DNA of 64,000 nt from Ylistrum balloti. Its lineage: Eukaryota. Position 1 is the stretch's first letter. Each line of letters begins with the position of its first letter. The position numbers and the translations under genes are program-made. The notes beneath the pieces are model-generated. The model saw only the letters and a program-made list of their open reading frames with translations, was not told where the DNA came from and ran no database searches. This document shows positions 13,051 through 26,899 of this stretch, piece after piece. The DNA is taken from NCBI RefSeq assembly GCF_031769215.1, contig NW_026782247.1:310001-374000 (forward strand), written 5' to 3'.

Positions 13051-13491
13051 CTTAAACATTCTTGAAACTAACAAAGTGCTTGTGATGTTGGTTTCCATCA
13101 TCTCCATAGGAGAAATTTAAAAAGCTTTTAAAAATGTGATGACGAAAGTAAAAAAAGAAAAATCATACAACACGCAGATGTTGCTTTTTCAGTGACTATA
13201 TAGCTTATCAAAGCAAGTCCTCCCTACCTAGATATAGGGGCACTGGTTTGGTTTTGGTGAAACCAAATTAAGATTTAGAATTAACCCTGGAAATTGAAAC
13301 TGGTGATTCTTAAAATTTAGAGGAAACAGTGATTAATGTATATCAAACTTGCTATAGATGTTATATAGTGGTAGATATTTAACAACATTTAGAAATAAAG
13401 GATTGTCAGAAATGAAAATCGTCTTGTTTGATGTACAAATGATTTCTGAAAGTTTAATACTAATGATTTTTTTTTTGAAAAAATTAAAGAT

Positions 13492-13525
13492 GTTTTTTTT
13501 ATTTTCTGTTTTTTTTCAGGTAAGT
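13492..13525 (+). other. Candidate recursive splice site RS1 (zero-length exon / ratchet point)
   Basis: tgttttttttattttctgttttttttCAG|GTAAGT: CAG 13517-13519, GTAAGT 13520-13525. Branch-like TACTAAT at 13458-13464, although an intervening AG lies at 13488-13489. Confidence 0.6.
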
Positions 13526-14744
13526 GAATGTTACAGTGGAATACAGATGAAAGGTATTGATTCCTGCATGGTTACCACAGAAAATAACAAAGAGTTCTTC
13601 ACATTTTACGTTAGATGCTAACCGGACGTAGTTTGGTAAGCTTGGTATTGAAGATGCAAGATTGGTTTAAATACAGTATACAGCTGTGAAAAGTTTCAAC
13701 ATTTCCAGAGGTTAAAAAACACTGGTGCAAACATATGCAATTCCTATCTGAAGTTATTTATCAAGAAGTTGAGATTAGGGATCTGCAATGGAGTGGGTGT
13801 GTCCCGTGGTGAGAAATTTTACTTATTACTCATAATAGCATCCAACGCTTATCCATTTAGTGTGAAGATCATATGACGGGCCTTTGGTATGATGTTCAGT
13901 GATACAGCCACCAGGTACTACAAGGAGACCTCATCTGAAAATGACCCTGACTTAATTCATGCTTTGATAAAACAAGAGAATAACCCCAATGTTTTGCAAT
14001 TGTGACATTCATAGTATTAATATATCTGCATTATGTATCAGGATCTCAATCCATAGTTTTACACTGAATACTCCAGCTGTTGGCATTCCTGACATCCCAG
14101 TACACCATTATTGCCACTGTCAAATCTTCCATAATGAATTTTTACTTTTCCAATAATTTCATCTGCCTGTGGAAACAGAGTTTATGAAGTGCATTCATTG
14201 ATGTGAATCTTACTTTTGGTTGGGGATGATAGCTGTTGATTTGCTTTACAGTTCATTTTTGGTGTTACCATGATTTATTTCTAACTCAAATAGAATTGAG
14301 ATGGGAAGTTTAGAAAATGAACTTGAACATGTACTTGCCAATCAAATTAATATTGGGGTAATTGTCAAGGCAATTTCAACATGTACAAAATTTTAGTGCT
14401 GTGTATGACAAAAGGGTTTCAGGATCAATTTTCTCAGAAAACTTCCTCACATTAGGCCACATTTAAAATGAAAATCCTCCGAAAAAAAAAAGAAAAATAA
14501 TTTTTGCTGGTTTCTTTTGGATCTGTATATCTAATTTGCCAGTGCGATGGTCTGATAATTATTAACAGTGTAGTAAGTGCTTTAAAAGTTTGCACAAAGT
14601 CAACATGTTGTTTACATGTTATCTGGACTTCAAAATTATTTTGATTTTCAGAGAAAAATAAAAAGTTATTTGATCTTTTTTTGAAATCTAGGAAAAAATC
14701 TTAATGAGGAAATGACTTTCTATACAGCAAATTAAATACAGGAC

Positions 14745-15117
14745 CAAAAACCAGTGGTCTTTATAGACAGGTAGTCAGTATGTGAATGTGTCCTGTATAT
14801 AGAGATCTGTTATATAAATCTTTATATAAAATCGTTTTTATAAATAGGTAGTCTTTTATAGAGTTTATATTCATAAAGATGTGGTCTTTTTATAGAGGTA
14901 ATGTTATTAAAGGGATGGTCTTGTTATAGAGGTTATATTCATTAAGAGTTGGTCTTTTATAGAGGTTATGTTTATAAAGAGATGGTCTTATTATAGAGGT
15001 TATATTCATACAGAGGTGATCCTGACATAGGGGTTGTCTTTAGATAGAAATAATTATTATATAGTGGTTGGATTTATATAGATAGTCGTTATATGGAGGT
15101 GGTCATTATAAAGAGAT
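14745..15117. repeat. Degenerate short-period GGTCTTT(T)ATAGAGGT repeat region, probably derived from a MITE-like element
   Basis: Recurrent ggtctttatag / agaggt motifs starting at accagtggtctttatagacaggt. Confidence 0.55.
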
Positions 15118-15740
15118 GGTCTTTATACAGATATGGTCTATAAATAGAAGTTGTATTTATGTAGAAGTAGTTCTGTCTTTATACAGAGATGGTCTATAAA
15201 TAGAAGTTGTATTTATGTAGAAGTAGTTCTGTCTTTATACAGAGATGGTCTATAAATAGAAGTTGTATGTATGTAGAAGTAGTCTTGTCTTTATACAGAG
15301 ATGGTCTATAAATAGAAGTTGTATGTATGTAGAAGTAGTGTTGTCTTTATACAGAGATGGTCTATAAATAGAAGTTGTATGTATGTAGAAGTAGTCTTGT
15401 CTTTATACAGAGATGGTCTATAAATAGAAGTTGTATGTATGTAGAAGTAGTCTTGTCTTTATACAGAGATGGTCTATAAATAGAAGTTGTATGTATGTAG
15501 AAGTAGTCTTGTCTTTATACAGAGATGGTCTATAAATAGAAGTTGTATGTATGTAGACGTAGTCTATATATACCACTTGTCTTTATACAGAGATGGTCTA
15601 TAAATAGAAGTTGTATGTATGGAGAAGTAGTCTATATATACCACTTGTCTTTATACAGAGATGGTCTATAAATAGAAGTTGTATGTATGTAGACGTAGTC
15701 TGTATATACCACTTGTCTTTATACAGAGATGGTCTTTGTA
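15118..15740. repeat. 56/68-bp minisatellite (CTTTATACAGAGATGGTCTATAAATAGAAGTTGTATGTATGTAGAAGTAGTCTTGT)
   Basis: Unit starts every 56 bp from 15121 to 15513, then 68-bp units (next starts 15581, 15649, 15717) carrying an ATATATACCA-containing insert. Confidence 0.93.
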
Positions 15741-16834
15741 ATGAGGTGGTATTTATATAGAGGGGTGATTATCTAGAGGTGGTATTTGGTTCACATTTAT
15801 CAATAATCTTTTTCTATTCATCTAAATAATGAACTGTAAACAATCTTTATTATAGCTTTTATCAATAATTCTTAGGTGTACATGTATATGCTTTATCATA
15901 ATTGAAAAAAAAATTACATTCTGAAAACTTTTCAGCTCTAAAAAGTCTTACTAGGACTAGTAAGCGTAGGTTTTGTTACAGATCTGCATGATATAGCATA
16001 CACATTTGTAGGCATTATTCAGAAAAAAATTCCTCATGATATGAGGTCAATGTTTTCTGGTTTCATAAGAACACAGGATAGCTGTGACATGTGTATAACG
16101 ATGCATTCATTAATGGTTACAATATTCCTGTCATGGCTTGCTCTTTTCTACATGAATTCATGCATCACATACCTGAAAATCGACTGAGGGAGAAAAAAAT
16201 CTCTCGTCATAGAAGTGGAAATGTGTTCATTGATGGGGAAGATTGGACGGGGACCTATTTGCCACACAATATTTTTTCATGTCACTGGCGGCAATAGATT
16301 GATTGGCATGACGACATTGAGTCTGGCTTGCATACTTGGCCTCAAATTAGCCAAAATTCAGAAATTTTTTCAAGTAGAATTAATTAATTTTTTTAAGTAA
16401 TATTGAAAATTTATGCAGTATTAAGTTTAAGCGATTGCGAGGGGGGGATCTCTTTTGTGGTGTTTAGTGAATTTTTTCATTCATTGGGACTTTCATTTCG
16501 TAACTGATAAAAAAGCATTTTAACATCTAATATCTGTTAAAAGTTGTGACCTTTCTGTTCATTAAAATATTAAAATGTTGGCTTAAACAATTTGTTAAGA
16601 AACACATAAATATCACAATAAAATAGGCTGAATCCAATGTTGATTCTTCTGGTTATTGTTTGGAGTGTATAAATCATTAGAAAGCGGAGGGTTCAAACAA
16701 GCTTCCAAAAGGTCACGTGATAACCTAGGTTATCTTGGGTTAAAACAGTGACTTGCAGTAGAAACAACAATGAGTATTGATCAGTGTTAATTGGAAGCTG
16801 ATAATCGTTATCATTTTTTCTTAAAAAGTGCTAT

Positions 16835-17179
16835 AATTATGTTCCAGGATCAAAAGATGAGGGACATATTATTTTTGTGCTGTCTGTTGTCAACTTTAAC
16901 CTTGCCCATAACTATTGAACTGTAAGAGACGGGATTATCATATTTAGAATGTGTGTTCCTTGTGATAAGACCTTTCTGATGGTATACAAATTTTTGACCA
17001 TGTGACCTTGACCTTTGACCTACATTTGAAAGTAAAAAAGTTGTTACCACAGCAAAGACATAAGTTTGTCACAAAGTGTGCATGCAATTAGCACATGCCT
17101 TACACAGAACAGTTTTAATGCAGCACTTCAGAATTTTGCTGCCAGCAGGGGCTTGGTGTTTCATAAACACATCTTGTTT
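16835..17179 (+). mobile_element. Non-autonomous Helentron-type element (HINE), single core unit
   Basis: 5' TTATGTTCC..GGGACATA inner inverted repeat. Core CATGTGACCTTGACCTTTGACC. 3' GCAGGGGC followed by the hairpin GTGTTT-CAT-AAACAC and ATCTTGTTT. Confidence 0.7.
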
Positions 17180-18678
17180 CAAGTATAGTCTAATTTAAAG
17201 AATCACAATGCTTGCCCAAAATCAAACGCTTGAAAAAGATAATGAAATCTATCAATTTAGTTTCCTTCAAACGTTTTGCGTAATATTAAAGATTAATTTT
17301 AAAAGGAGATAACTTTAATGTGTTCAATAATACAAAACTTGTTTTGTTTTATTTAATGTTCAAAATAAAATGGAATTATTTATAGACAAATAATTATCAT
17401 AAAGACCTGGCTTTTTAAAACATTATCTTCATCAGTTTCATGCGCATTTTCTGATAAAAAAAAAAAATGAAAAAAAATCAGTCTGTTAGTGGACTGGTAT
17501 TAAATCTCGAGCTTTTATTACAAAGTTACAAAACAAATGTTTTGAAATATTGATATTAAAAATAGTGGTTAGTTTATGGAGGTCTGACTAGATGCTTTTA
17601 TGCAATGATTTATGTGATAAAAGTTATGTTTATGTTGATGGCAGAAATTCCTTGAAAGTAAAACGCCCCATATTTTTTCATTTCCTACTTGTCAGTCTTA
17701 TCCTGTTCTTTTACTGACAAAGCATTGAAAGGTTTTAGCACATATTGTGTTTTTCCGATATTAAAAAGCATGTATCATGTTTAGGTATTGTGTGCTGTGG
17801 TGTGATGTCCTACTTAATGGTAACACATCTTGATATACGATGAGATGTTTACCTTTCAAGCTGCTTTCTCATGATGGAACAGAGAGCGATTTGCCAGGAG
17901 ATGTGTGGCTACTAGTTGCTGCAGATTCCCAGATCTATCGCTGTGGTGACGATAACTGTGATTGATATGCTGTTGTAACGCAAAGGAAGTGAAAGTCATT
18001 TAACCTGTTGCGAATTACGGAACAAATCAATGGCAATCCTCAACACGAACCACGACAATGATCAGGGTCAAAGGTCAGGGTGCCAATTGAAATTTTGTGA
18101 TCAATAGCAATGCAATTCTGATGATATTTCATGTTGGGTCAAAATCCTCGCTACAGCACAAAAAAAAAAAAAAAAATACCATGTCATTGATTTTTTATTA
18201 GTCTGTTTCTTTATTTATTCTCTGAAGAATTTTGTGTTACTCAAAATTGTTACAGAAGAAAAGAACCACGTGGAAGATTAATTTAGTGGGTCAAAAGTCA
18301 GATCTAACATTTAGACAATCAATACTGAATTTTCTATTTCAGTACCACTGACGGGTGAGAGGTCAGTGTTGTCAGTGCAATGCTGATTGGCTTAAACAGA
18401 ATCTCATTGAGACAGGATCTCAGAATGGTTGAAAATGTCAAGGAATTGACAATTCATTTTACAAATGTATGGCAAATTGTAGAGATCGCAAATCCAATTT
18501 TTAAGCCCAAGAAAGAGTGTTGCAATTGATTATTTGGTTGCCATGGAGATGGCATAGATTTTTTCTGAAAGGCTGTCAGATTTTTTAGTGTTTCTTACGT
18601 GTGGGAGCTGCACAAAATTTGTGTTTGAAGAAAATTAAGGCTTTGTAAATTTGCATAAGTTATCCTACCAGATAGGGT

Positions 18679-18986
18679 CATACAGTGAATGGTTTGACTA
18701 GGGGGACAACACACAGCTGGGTCATACAGTGAATGGTTTGACTAGGGGGACAACACACAGCTGGGTCATACAGTGAATGGTTTGACTAGGGGGACAACAC
18801 ACAGCTAGTTCACACAGTGAATGGTTTGACTAGGGGGACGACACATAGCTGGGTCATACAGTGAATGGTTAGACTAGGGGGACGACACACAGCTGGGTCA
18901 CACAGTGAATGGTGTGACTAGGGAGACAACACACAGCTGGGTCATACAGTGAATGGTTTGACTAGGGGGACAACACATAATTTGAT
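18679..18986. repeat. 44-bp minisatellite type 1 (CATACAGTGAATGGTTTGACTAGGGGGACAACACACAGCTGGGT) x7
   Basis: Unit starts at 18679, 18723, 18767, 18811, 18855, 18899, 18943. Confidence 0.95.
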
Positions 18987-20068
18987 CATACAGTGAATGG
19001 TTTGGGTAGGACAACAGATAGCCAGGTCATACAGTGAATGGTTTGGGTAGGACAACAGATAGCCAGGTCATACAGTGAATGGTTTGGGTAGGACAACAGA
19101 TAGCCAGGTCATACAGTGAATGGTTTGGGTAGGACAACAGATAGCCAGGTCATACAGTGAATGGTTTGGGTAGAGGGACAACAGATAGCCATGTCATACA
19201 GTGAATGGTTTGGGTAGGACAACAGATAGCCAGGTCATACAGTGGATGGTTTGGGTAGAGGGACAACAGATAGCCAGGTCATACAGTGAATGGTTTGGGT
19301 AGAGGGACAACAGATAGCCAGGTCATACAGTGAATGGTTTGGGTAGAGGGACAACAGATAGCCAGGTCATACAGTGAATGGTTTGGGTAGGACAACAGAT
19401 CGCCAGGCGCCAGGTCATACAGTGAATGGTTTGGGTAGAAGGACAACAGATAGCCAGGTCATACAGTGAATGGTTTGGGTAGAAGGACAACAGATAGCCA
19501 GGTCAACAGATAGCCAGGTCATACAGTGAATGGTTTGGGTAGAGGGACAACAGATAGCCAGGTCATACAGTGAATGGTTTGGGTAGGACAACAGATAGCC
19601 AGGTCATACAGTGGATGGTTTGGGTAGAGGGACAACAGAGCGCCAGGTCATACAGTGAATGGTTTGGGTAGAGGGACAACAGATAGCCAGGTCATACAGT
19701 GAATGGTTTGGGTAGGACAACAGATAGCCAGGTCATACAGTGAATGGTTTGGGTAGAGGGACAACAGATAGCCAGGTCATACAGTGAATGGTTTGGGTAG
19801 AGGGACAACAGATAGCCAGGTCATACAGTGAATGGTTTGGGTAGAAGGACAACAGATAGCCAGGTCATACAGTGGATGGTTTGGGTAGAAGGACAACAGA
19901 TAGCCAGGTCATACAGTGAATGGTTTGGGTAGAGGGACAACAGATAGCCAGGTCATACAGTGAATGGTTTGGGTAGAGGGACAACAGATAGCCAGGTCAT
20001 ACAGTGAATGGTTTGGGTAGGACAACAGATAGCCAGGTCATACAGTGAATGGTTTGGGAAGAGGGACA
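18987..20068. repeat. 41/44-bp minisatellite type 2 (CATACAGTGAATGGTTTGGGTAG[AGG]GACAACAGATAGCCAGGT), about 25 copies
   Basis: Contiguous with type 1 and shares the 18-bp prefix CATACAGTGAATGGTTTG. Confidence 0.95.
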
Positions 20069-20795
20069 TTTATTTCTTTTTCTCTTTTAGTCAATCTCAG
20101 CCTTTTAAGAACTGTAGAATTATATAAAAGTTCATCGTTGGTATCGAAACTTTCAGCCTTTTTGCATTTGAGACAATTTACATGTCTGGGTGTCATAAAT
20201 TGGAAAGATTTATTAGAAATTCTCCGAGTTCATGAGGCATTGTAGACGATATGTATGGATTTGGGTTCATGGGGATTCTGGAATTTTTTGAGCCTCTAAA
20301 GCATTGTATGTAGGTAGATTTATGGGATTTTTGGTTTTTGGTCATTTATTGTCCTCTGGCATAATATATTGACAAGACTTGATCAGTATAGGTACTGGAA
20401 CATCCTTCCTCCTCCGACAAGTTTATGGCATTATACATATGGATGAGTGTATATACAGGGTGTCTTCTAGTCAATTAAAGTATATGTACATATCTACCTA
20501 TGTATGAACAGGTGCCCTTTATTACACTGTAAAAGGGGGATCATGATGGCTTGTAGTTTATCTGTCAGACAGGAAGGCTTAGTGATGGAAATCTGGTGTC
20601 ATGTCTGGTATGTGGTGACCTCTGTCCATTTATCTTACAATATAGACAGCCTATCCAAAATAAGTATGTATATGCTATATGTAACCTAATAAGTGCCCTT
20701 GCTCATATCATATATTGCCTGTTTATAGATTTTCCATGGAGGTACATCAAACCTTGGATAAATTTTTGGAGGTTGAGGGTTCCAATTCTGTGGAA

Positions 20796-20987
20796 GGGCC
20801 ACAGTGGCAGAGTAGTTAAGGCATCTGTCTGTTCACTAGCACTCCACTTTCTGGGTCGCAAGTTCAAGGCACATGTGGGTGTGTTGCCAGGTGTTGGCCA
20901 CAGGTTGAAGGCGGTGATTTTTCTTTGGGATCTTTCCTCCACCACCCAAACCTAGCATGGGCTTAAATGACTCTATTAATAGGATGT
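20796..20987 (+). mobile_element. tRNA-derived SINE, family A (diverged, near full length)
   Basis: GGGCCACAGTGGCAGAGTAGTTAAGGCATC head and degenerate B-box AGTTCAAGGC. Core GGTGATTTTTCT..CTTTCCTCCACC. Tail TTAATAGGATGT. Homologous to 39541-39755 and 42731-42875. Confidence 0.8.
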
Positions 20988-23900
20988 ATAGTACCAATGA
21001 ACATTCTGTGTATTGTGGAACAGAAATAAAAATATCTGGATAATCATATGAGAAGGCGATAGGCTTGTAAACGGCTATATACGGTAACAGTCTTGATATA
21101 TAATTACAAGTGAATGTAACAGACAGAAACGAATATTTTTTTCATGCAAAGAGATCAACTTGACCACTTGACAATGCAGATGAAGAGATGATAGAGACTC
21201 AGAGACCAACAGCAAAGAGTGCACACAACATGTAGATACTATATAGACTTGACAGTAATGTAAAAGTACTTATTACAAAATGGCCGGTTTAGCATAAAAT
21301 AGGGTTCCTTTTATGAATATGACTGACACCTAAATATATAGTGGTCGTTCTGTCCATCATTACTTCATGGTTGAAGGTGATCACCAGTTTGATGGACATA
21401 TGTCACGGTTCATTATTTTGGTAAAGTCTGGTTTATTTTAGGAAATAACTGTATCTCACTATTATGGTCATTGTCAGAGGTTGATACACATATTGATTAA
21501 CCTAGATATTGAGATATTGACCGATGTGATTGGCAGAATAATATCAGATATTGTAAGATGAAAAAGTAAGCCTTTTTCTCAGCTTGACCACTTTAATTTG
21601 ATGAATGCAGGTGAGAGACACACAGGTAGATGGGGTCAATATATTAACCCAGTACTAGATGCACAGATTACAAGTATGTTCTGTAAAGCTTGGGTTCATT
21701 TCCTACAAATCAATTCCATGAAATATAAGATAACATGAAATTGCAATGATTAGAAAATGAATATAATCTGTTGTAAAATGTGACATTTTTTTATTCAAAT
21801 AATTTTTGTTAATCTATGAAAGTTTGAGCATTCACAAAGAAACCCTTTCAGTTATTGCATATATAGCACTAAATTTGCAAGGAGAACGTTTTTTAATTAA
21901 GGAATATTTTATTTATTTTGGTATTGATATTGGACAAGTGATATCTGTTCGTATTTTCTGATCAGATTTAGTCAGAGTTGATGTGTCTAGTTTATATCTA
22001 TATAACAAATACAGAAAAATCAATTGAAATAAATCTAGTTTTAATTGGAAGTGTTGATCTCGCTGTAGACTTCTCTGTAATACACTGCTGATTTCTTTGT
22101 TGTGATAGGACTAACGATTGAGTTGACAGACTCTACATGAGTCACATGGATTCACAAGAATATGCATACTGTGCAGCCTGCTTCTCTTCCAGCCTGTTTC
22201 CCATTCTAGTGCTTTTTGATACACGGTGCATGATACTGTGGTATGTAAAGCCATACCATGTTACTTTAGGATATGAAATCTCAATGAAACTGACCTTCAT
22301 GGTCAAAACCTTGACCTTTTTCTTTTGGCTGCATCGCCTCTGATCTGTACATGTAAGGAACATGTTTTTACCAACCAACAGGTTTGGTGTTGATACAACC
22401 CTCAGAGTATCCATTTCAAACATATGTATTATATTTATTATTGCTTACATGGATCTAACATGAAAAAAATATCCATCTAGCTCCATACTTTTTGGTTGTC
22501 TCCCCTTAGATTGAGAAGGGTGTGTTTAATGTAAACTATCTAACATTATTTTTGTAGCTTATCTCAATTTATTTTGAAATAGTATTTTTTGTTTAGGTGT
22601 AATATTTTCGCTTGGACATGTATATTTTGACCATTATTGTCTTGTAATACTGGAATCTGTATCACAAAGTTCAACAACAGAACATGGATTTGGTCTTACA
22701 GATTTCTTGATCAGTGTATTTTCTGTTTCTTCATGTATATTTGAGGTCTTTTGTCGTTTCTTTGACATCAAGAGCTTAAGTGTCAGAAACCACAAGACGT
22801 CCTGTGATGTTTACTTACACCATTCGCAGATTATCATGAATATATTTTATTTCTTTGTTTCTGTCGGATACTAAGTACATCATCCTTTGAATTCTGTGTC
22901 TTGTTGACAGCACCGGCTGTAGAAACAGAAGCCATGAGTTGTCTCATCCTTTGCTACGCATCTGGACAAGTGATTATATATGTGATAGTAATTTGTGTTT
23001 TATAAGAGAATCGGTCGTGTAACACCTGTATAATTATCAGGGAATGAATACACAGCTGTAGCCATTCCAGTCTCGTTATCCAATCGATGGTTGGCTATTG
23101 TGTAGCACAAAGTAGGCATTACCAAATAATTACAACAAACGTTACTATTTCTACATCAAACACATTCTCCACAGGAACATACAGATCTACCAGAAATTCC
23201 TGGTAGACCTCGCGCAGAGTCTATCATACTGTCAGGACTTGTAAATATGTTCCATGTACTTGTGTAAATTGGGAATGATAGGAATGGATTGCTACAGGGA
23301 CAACCAAGGTTTTGAAGGATGAAAGAATGCTTCTACTAGTCATCTTAAAACTTTATTCAGCAAAAATTTCTTTATTGCTTTCGTGCGAGTTCTTTGTGTT
23401 AAAGATATTCTTGTTTGATTCATATTTATCCTTGATAATAAGGTTAATCAGACCATCCTGTGCTATCGTGGTTGTGTCCTTGGGCAAGACTATTTATCAC
23501 TGCACTGGATGGTATTTGGTGGGCCTTTTTTATGTTGTTCAATGAGGCAGCAACCGGCTGCTGTAAGGAGACTGGTACCACAACTCAAGGTGATGGACTG
23601 ATAACACTAGTGAAAGAAACAAAAGATAATTTTGATTGGTCGAATGATGCGGCTAGTGCATTTACATTGACGTTTTTTTAAAAATCACTTTTGATCTCTT
23701 CATTCACGTCCAAGGTTTCCACATTTAGGTCCTTAGAATCACTTATGAGTCCTAGAAGGATGAATAGCTGTATGGTACTGTTTAATTCATTGTTTGGCTC
23801 TACTGTATCTAACTCTAAAGTAATAAAATGTGTTTTTTACACTCTAATAGAGCTAAATATTTTCTTTAAAAATTGACCTTTAAGTAGGATTGGGTATAAT

Positions 23901-25802
23901 ACAAATATTCTGCTGAAAACTATTTTTAACTTCACATCAAGAGGGACCAAAAAATAAGATCTTGAATTGTGCCAGGATTACTTGACAAAAAGATTGGCTG
24001 TAATTAGCAAAGTGGTGCAAAAATTACTAATTACTACCCATATATGGTCGCACAATTTGGTGTTTTAAACAATATTTTTGTTCTGCTATTAGCTGTGCTC
24101 GGAATTAAGTTGTCAGAAAGAATCTTATCTTCAGTTTACTGGTCTTCAAACACTCAATGACTCCTATTACCTTTTTGTCAATTATACTCCTCACTAAAGG
24201 GTCTTGATAGGCTGGTACTTTCAGAGTCAATAAAATTGACAACGGAAAGTGTAATAAATTATATATCACCCTGAGCTGCATTCAGCTGGAATTGTCCCGG
24301 TGTCCATTACTGTTGATTGTCGCTCAGACGGTGACACCGTTACGATGACGCCACTACCATTATTGACGGTGGCCAGTACAGTTTAATTACGGAGGAAGTC
24401 CCTGGAGCCAGGGGGACAGCTTCAGATGTCAGCAGGACAGTAAGATTTTAATTAAACATATAATGTCCTATTTAACTTGTTCAATGGATTGTTCTTCTTT
24501 GGAGATGATGACTGATTCTGTTCCTGATAAATATCCCATGGGTATCAGCATGTTGATGACATTTAAGGAGACTGGTGGTCACAACCTTGATCGGTCAGTG
24601 TGTTCCTACGGAAACGGTCAATCTGTCTTGTCAGTAAGGCTATAAGAGAGCAACAGAGAAATGTTTAGTTTGTCTTACATAAGAAAGTTATCAGTTCAAA
24701 ATTTGGGATATGATTTACAACTTCAAGCTCTCTAGTTAGAAAAAAATAGCTTTTTTAGTAGGGAACTTTGGGATGTATGTTCTATTAGTCTTTATGCCAT
24801 GAAACGTTTCTCAGCTAGAGTCAAAAATAGAAATTTTAAGGAGACAGTGTCACATTATAAGCACCTGTATTGTTGTCCATGACCTTTTGAGCGGGTGTGG
24901 AATTATGTTTTAGAAAAGAAAGGTCAAGTTGACTAGCTAATTGTCTAGACCACCTGTGTCACACATAAGTGTTTGACTGCCAAGGCCAACTGGAGGATAA
25001 TCATGCTTTATAACCAAAGAAATTACAACTGTCTTCCCACCTACATTAATTCATGCACCTGACCTGATTCTTAATACCTACAACAGGTATAGTAATCAGT
25101 CTGTCTTGCCAGTTTTCTCCCTTTAGTTTGAGAATTATACAAAGTTAAATTTCGTTATCCTTTAAATGTAATTGTTGAAGAATTTGACGATTTTGGATAA
25201 GGGTAGAGATGACAGTTTTTAAATCTGAGCTGATGCGATGTTGTTTGATCAGGTTCCTTACAGCTCTTGTCCAGCTTATAATAATACCACTGTAATTGAA
25301 TGCTCACATTTTCCTTCATTACAGCTTATCCTACAGGGAATCTGTCACATTCTTGAGAATGATATCATTGGGTTTCCTTCCCTCTTGTAATGTAATGAAA
25401 AGACCATTTATTTGATTATGACTGATCCAATGTTTAATTTAGGGGTGGTCAGCAATGTTACTCCCTGCTTGACTTCATCTTAAATCTGACAGAGAAGAGA
25501 TGGCCAATGTCAAGCTTTTTGGAAACCCAGACAGAGTCAATCCAATTTTGAACCTTGAAAGACGTGTCCATTGTTAGTAACCATGGTGTAACCGTGGTGA
25601 TGGATGATAAACATTGCCGCAAATGAATCATGGCGGAGGACGAGTAATCGTGATCGCCAAGAATTTGGAGACAGATGGGCTGTTGACACTGCCAGTGTCC
25701 CACAGGAAACGGTCAATACTGAACATACAGTGTCCAAGCATAGCTTCCAATGTTTAATGTTGTTTAAAAGACACACAAGTTATTACAACCATTACAATAC
25801 AG

Positions 25803-25890
25803 ATCTAGAATTAGATAAAGTAGAGCCAAGTAATGAATTAAACTGTATCATACAGCTGTTTCGTCCTTCTTGGACTTATCTGTCATCCTA
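25803..25890 (+). repeat. Single un-amplified monomer plus flank homologous to the 45-bp array at 63433-64000
   Basis: TAGAGCCA..ATGAATTAAACTG..CATACAGCTGTTTCGTCCTTCT.GGACT is shared with the array. Confidence 0.75.
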
Positions 25891-26899
25891 GCAGTTAAAG
25901 TACAGGAGCCATTGCTGGGAAAAACCAAAATTGATGGAAAGAAATGTGAAAATCTTGATCTGGAGATGCACTAGCTCCCTCATTCAATAAACTTCTTAAG
26001 TTTCAATATTTAAGTCAAAATATATGTTTATATTCTGAATTATGTCACAATTCATGACATGTAGATTGTGACACAGAACGTCTAGGACTCTGATGGTATA
26101 TTGATGTTGTAGGAGATAATGCTATCTTACACGTTTCATGAGAAATAGATCGTAAAATGATTAAAGATTTGTTTCAAAACAAAAACTGATGAACACAAAA
26201 CAGTCCCTCCCAGCAGGTTGATATATTTTTTTTTTTCAATTGTCAGTTTTTCGAGGAAGGAACAAATTCACAAGAAAAAAATATCTCAAAGTATAATTAG
26301 ATAAAGTGGTGATGCACACTTTAATGTCTTTTGTGAAAACGATACTGAAGTTGTGATGACTGATTTTTTTTATAATCATGAAAGTTTGAACTGTAGAGAA
26401 ATCAGCCATGACAGTAAAGATGTAGCCACAGTTATGCTGTGTATACCATGGTTAAAAATGTCGCAAGTTCCTAGTAGCATGAACAAGGGGAACGTCTGAT
26501 ACATTGTATTATAAGGTTATGGCAACCAACCCTTTCTAATGTGTGAACATGAACATTTTGTTGCCTACTAATCAATTAAAATCATATGAAAGGAAATGAC
26601 CACACACATCAGTCTGGACCAGACTGACCGGAAATGATTTACAAAATGATTTAGGAGGACCAAGGCTAATATGTCTGGTCCGGATGTCATGACATCTGGT
26701 AGTGCTCTAGAGTTATTCAAGATTATCTCTTGGTAAAGTTTTACTCAGGATTACTTGACCTCTAAGATGGAAACTGGACAATAGATTTGTATAAGGTACA
26801 TAAATCAATATAATTACATCTGTTTCTATTTTATAACAGATATAGATTTGTTACAACTACATGCAACATGTTTAAAGTTATCAATCTACAATTTATTTT

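Noticed and set aside
18679-20068. CRISPR-like appearance of constant 18-bp prefixes with following segments
   Set aside because: The intervening segments are near-identical rather than unique spacers, the DNA is eukaryotic, and there are no cas genes.
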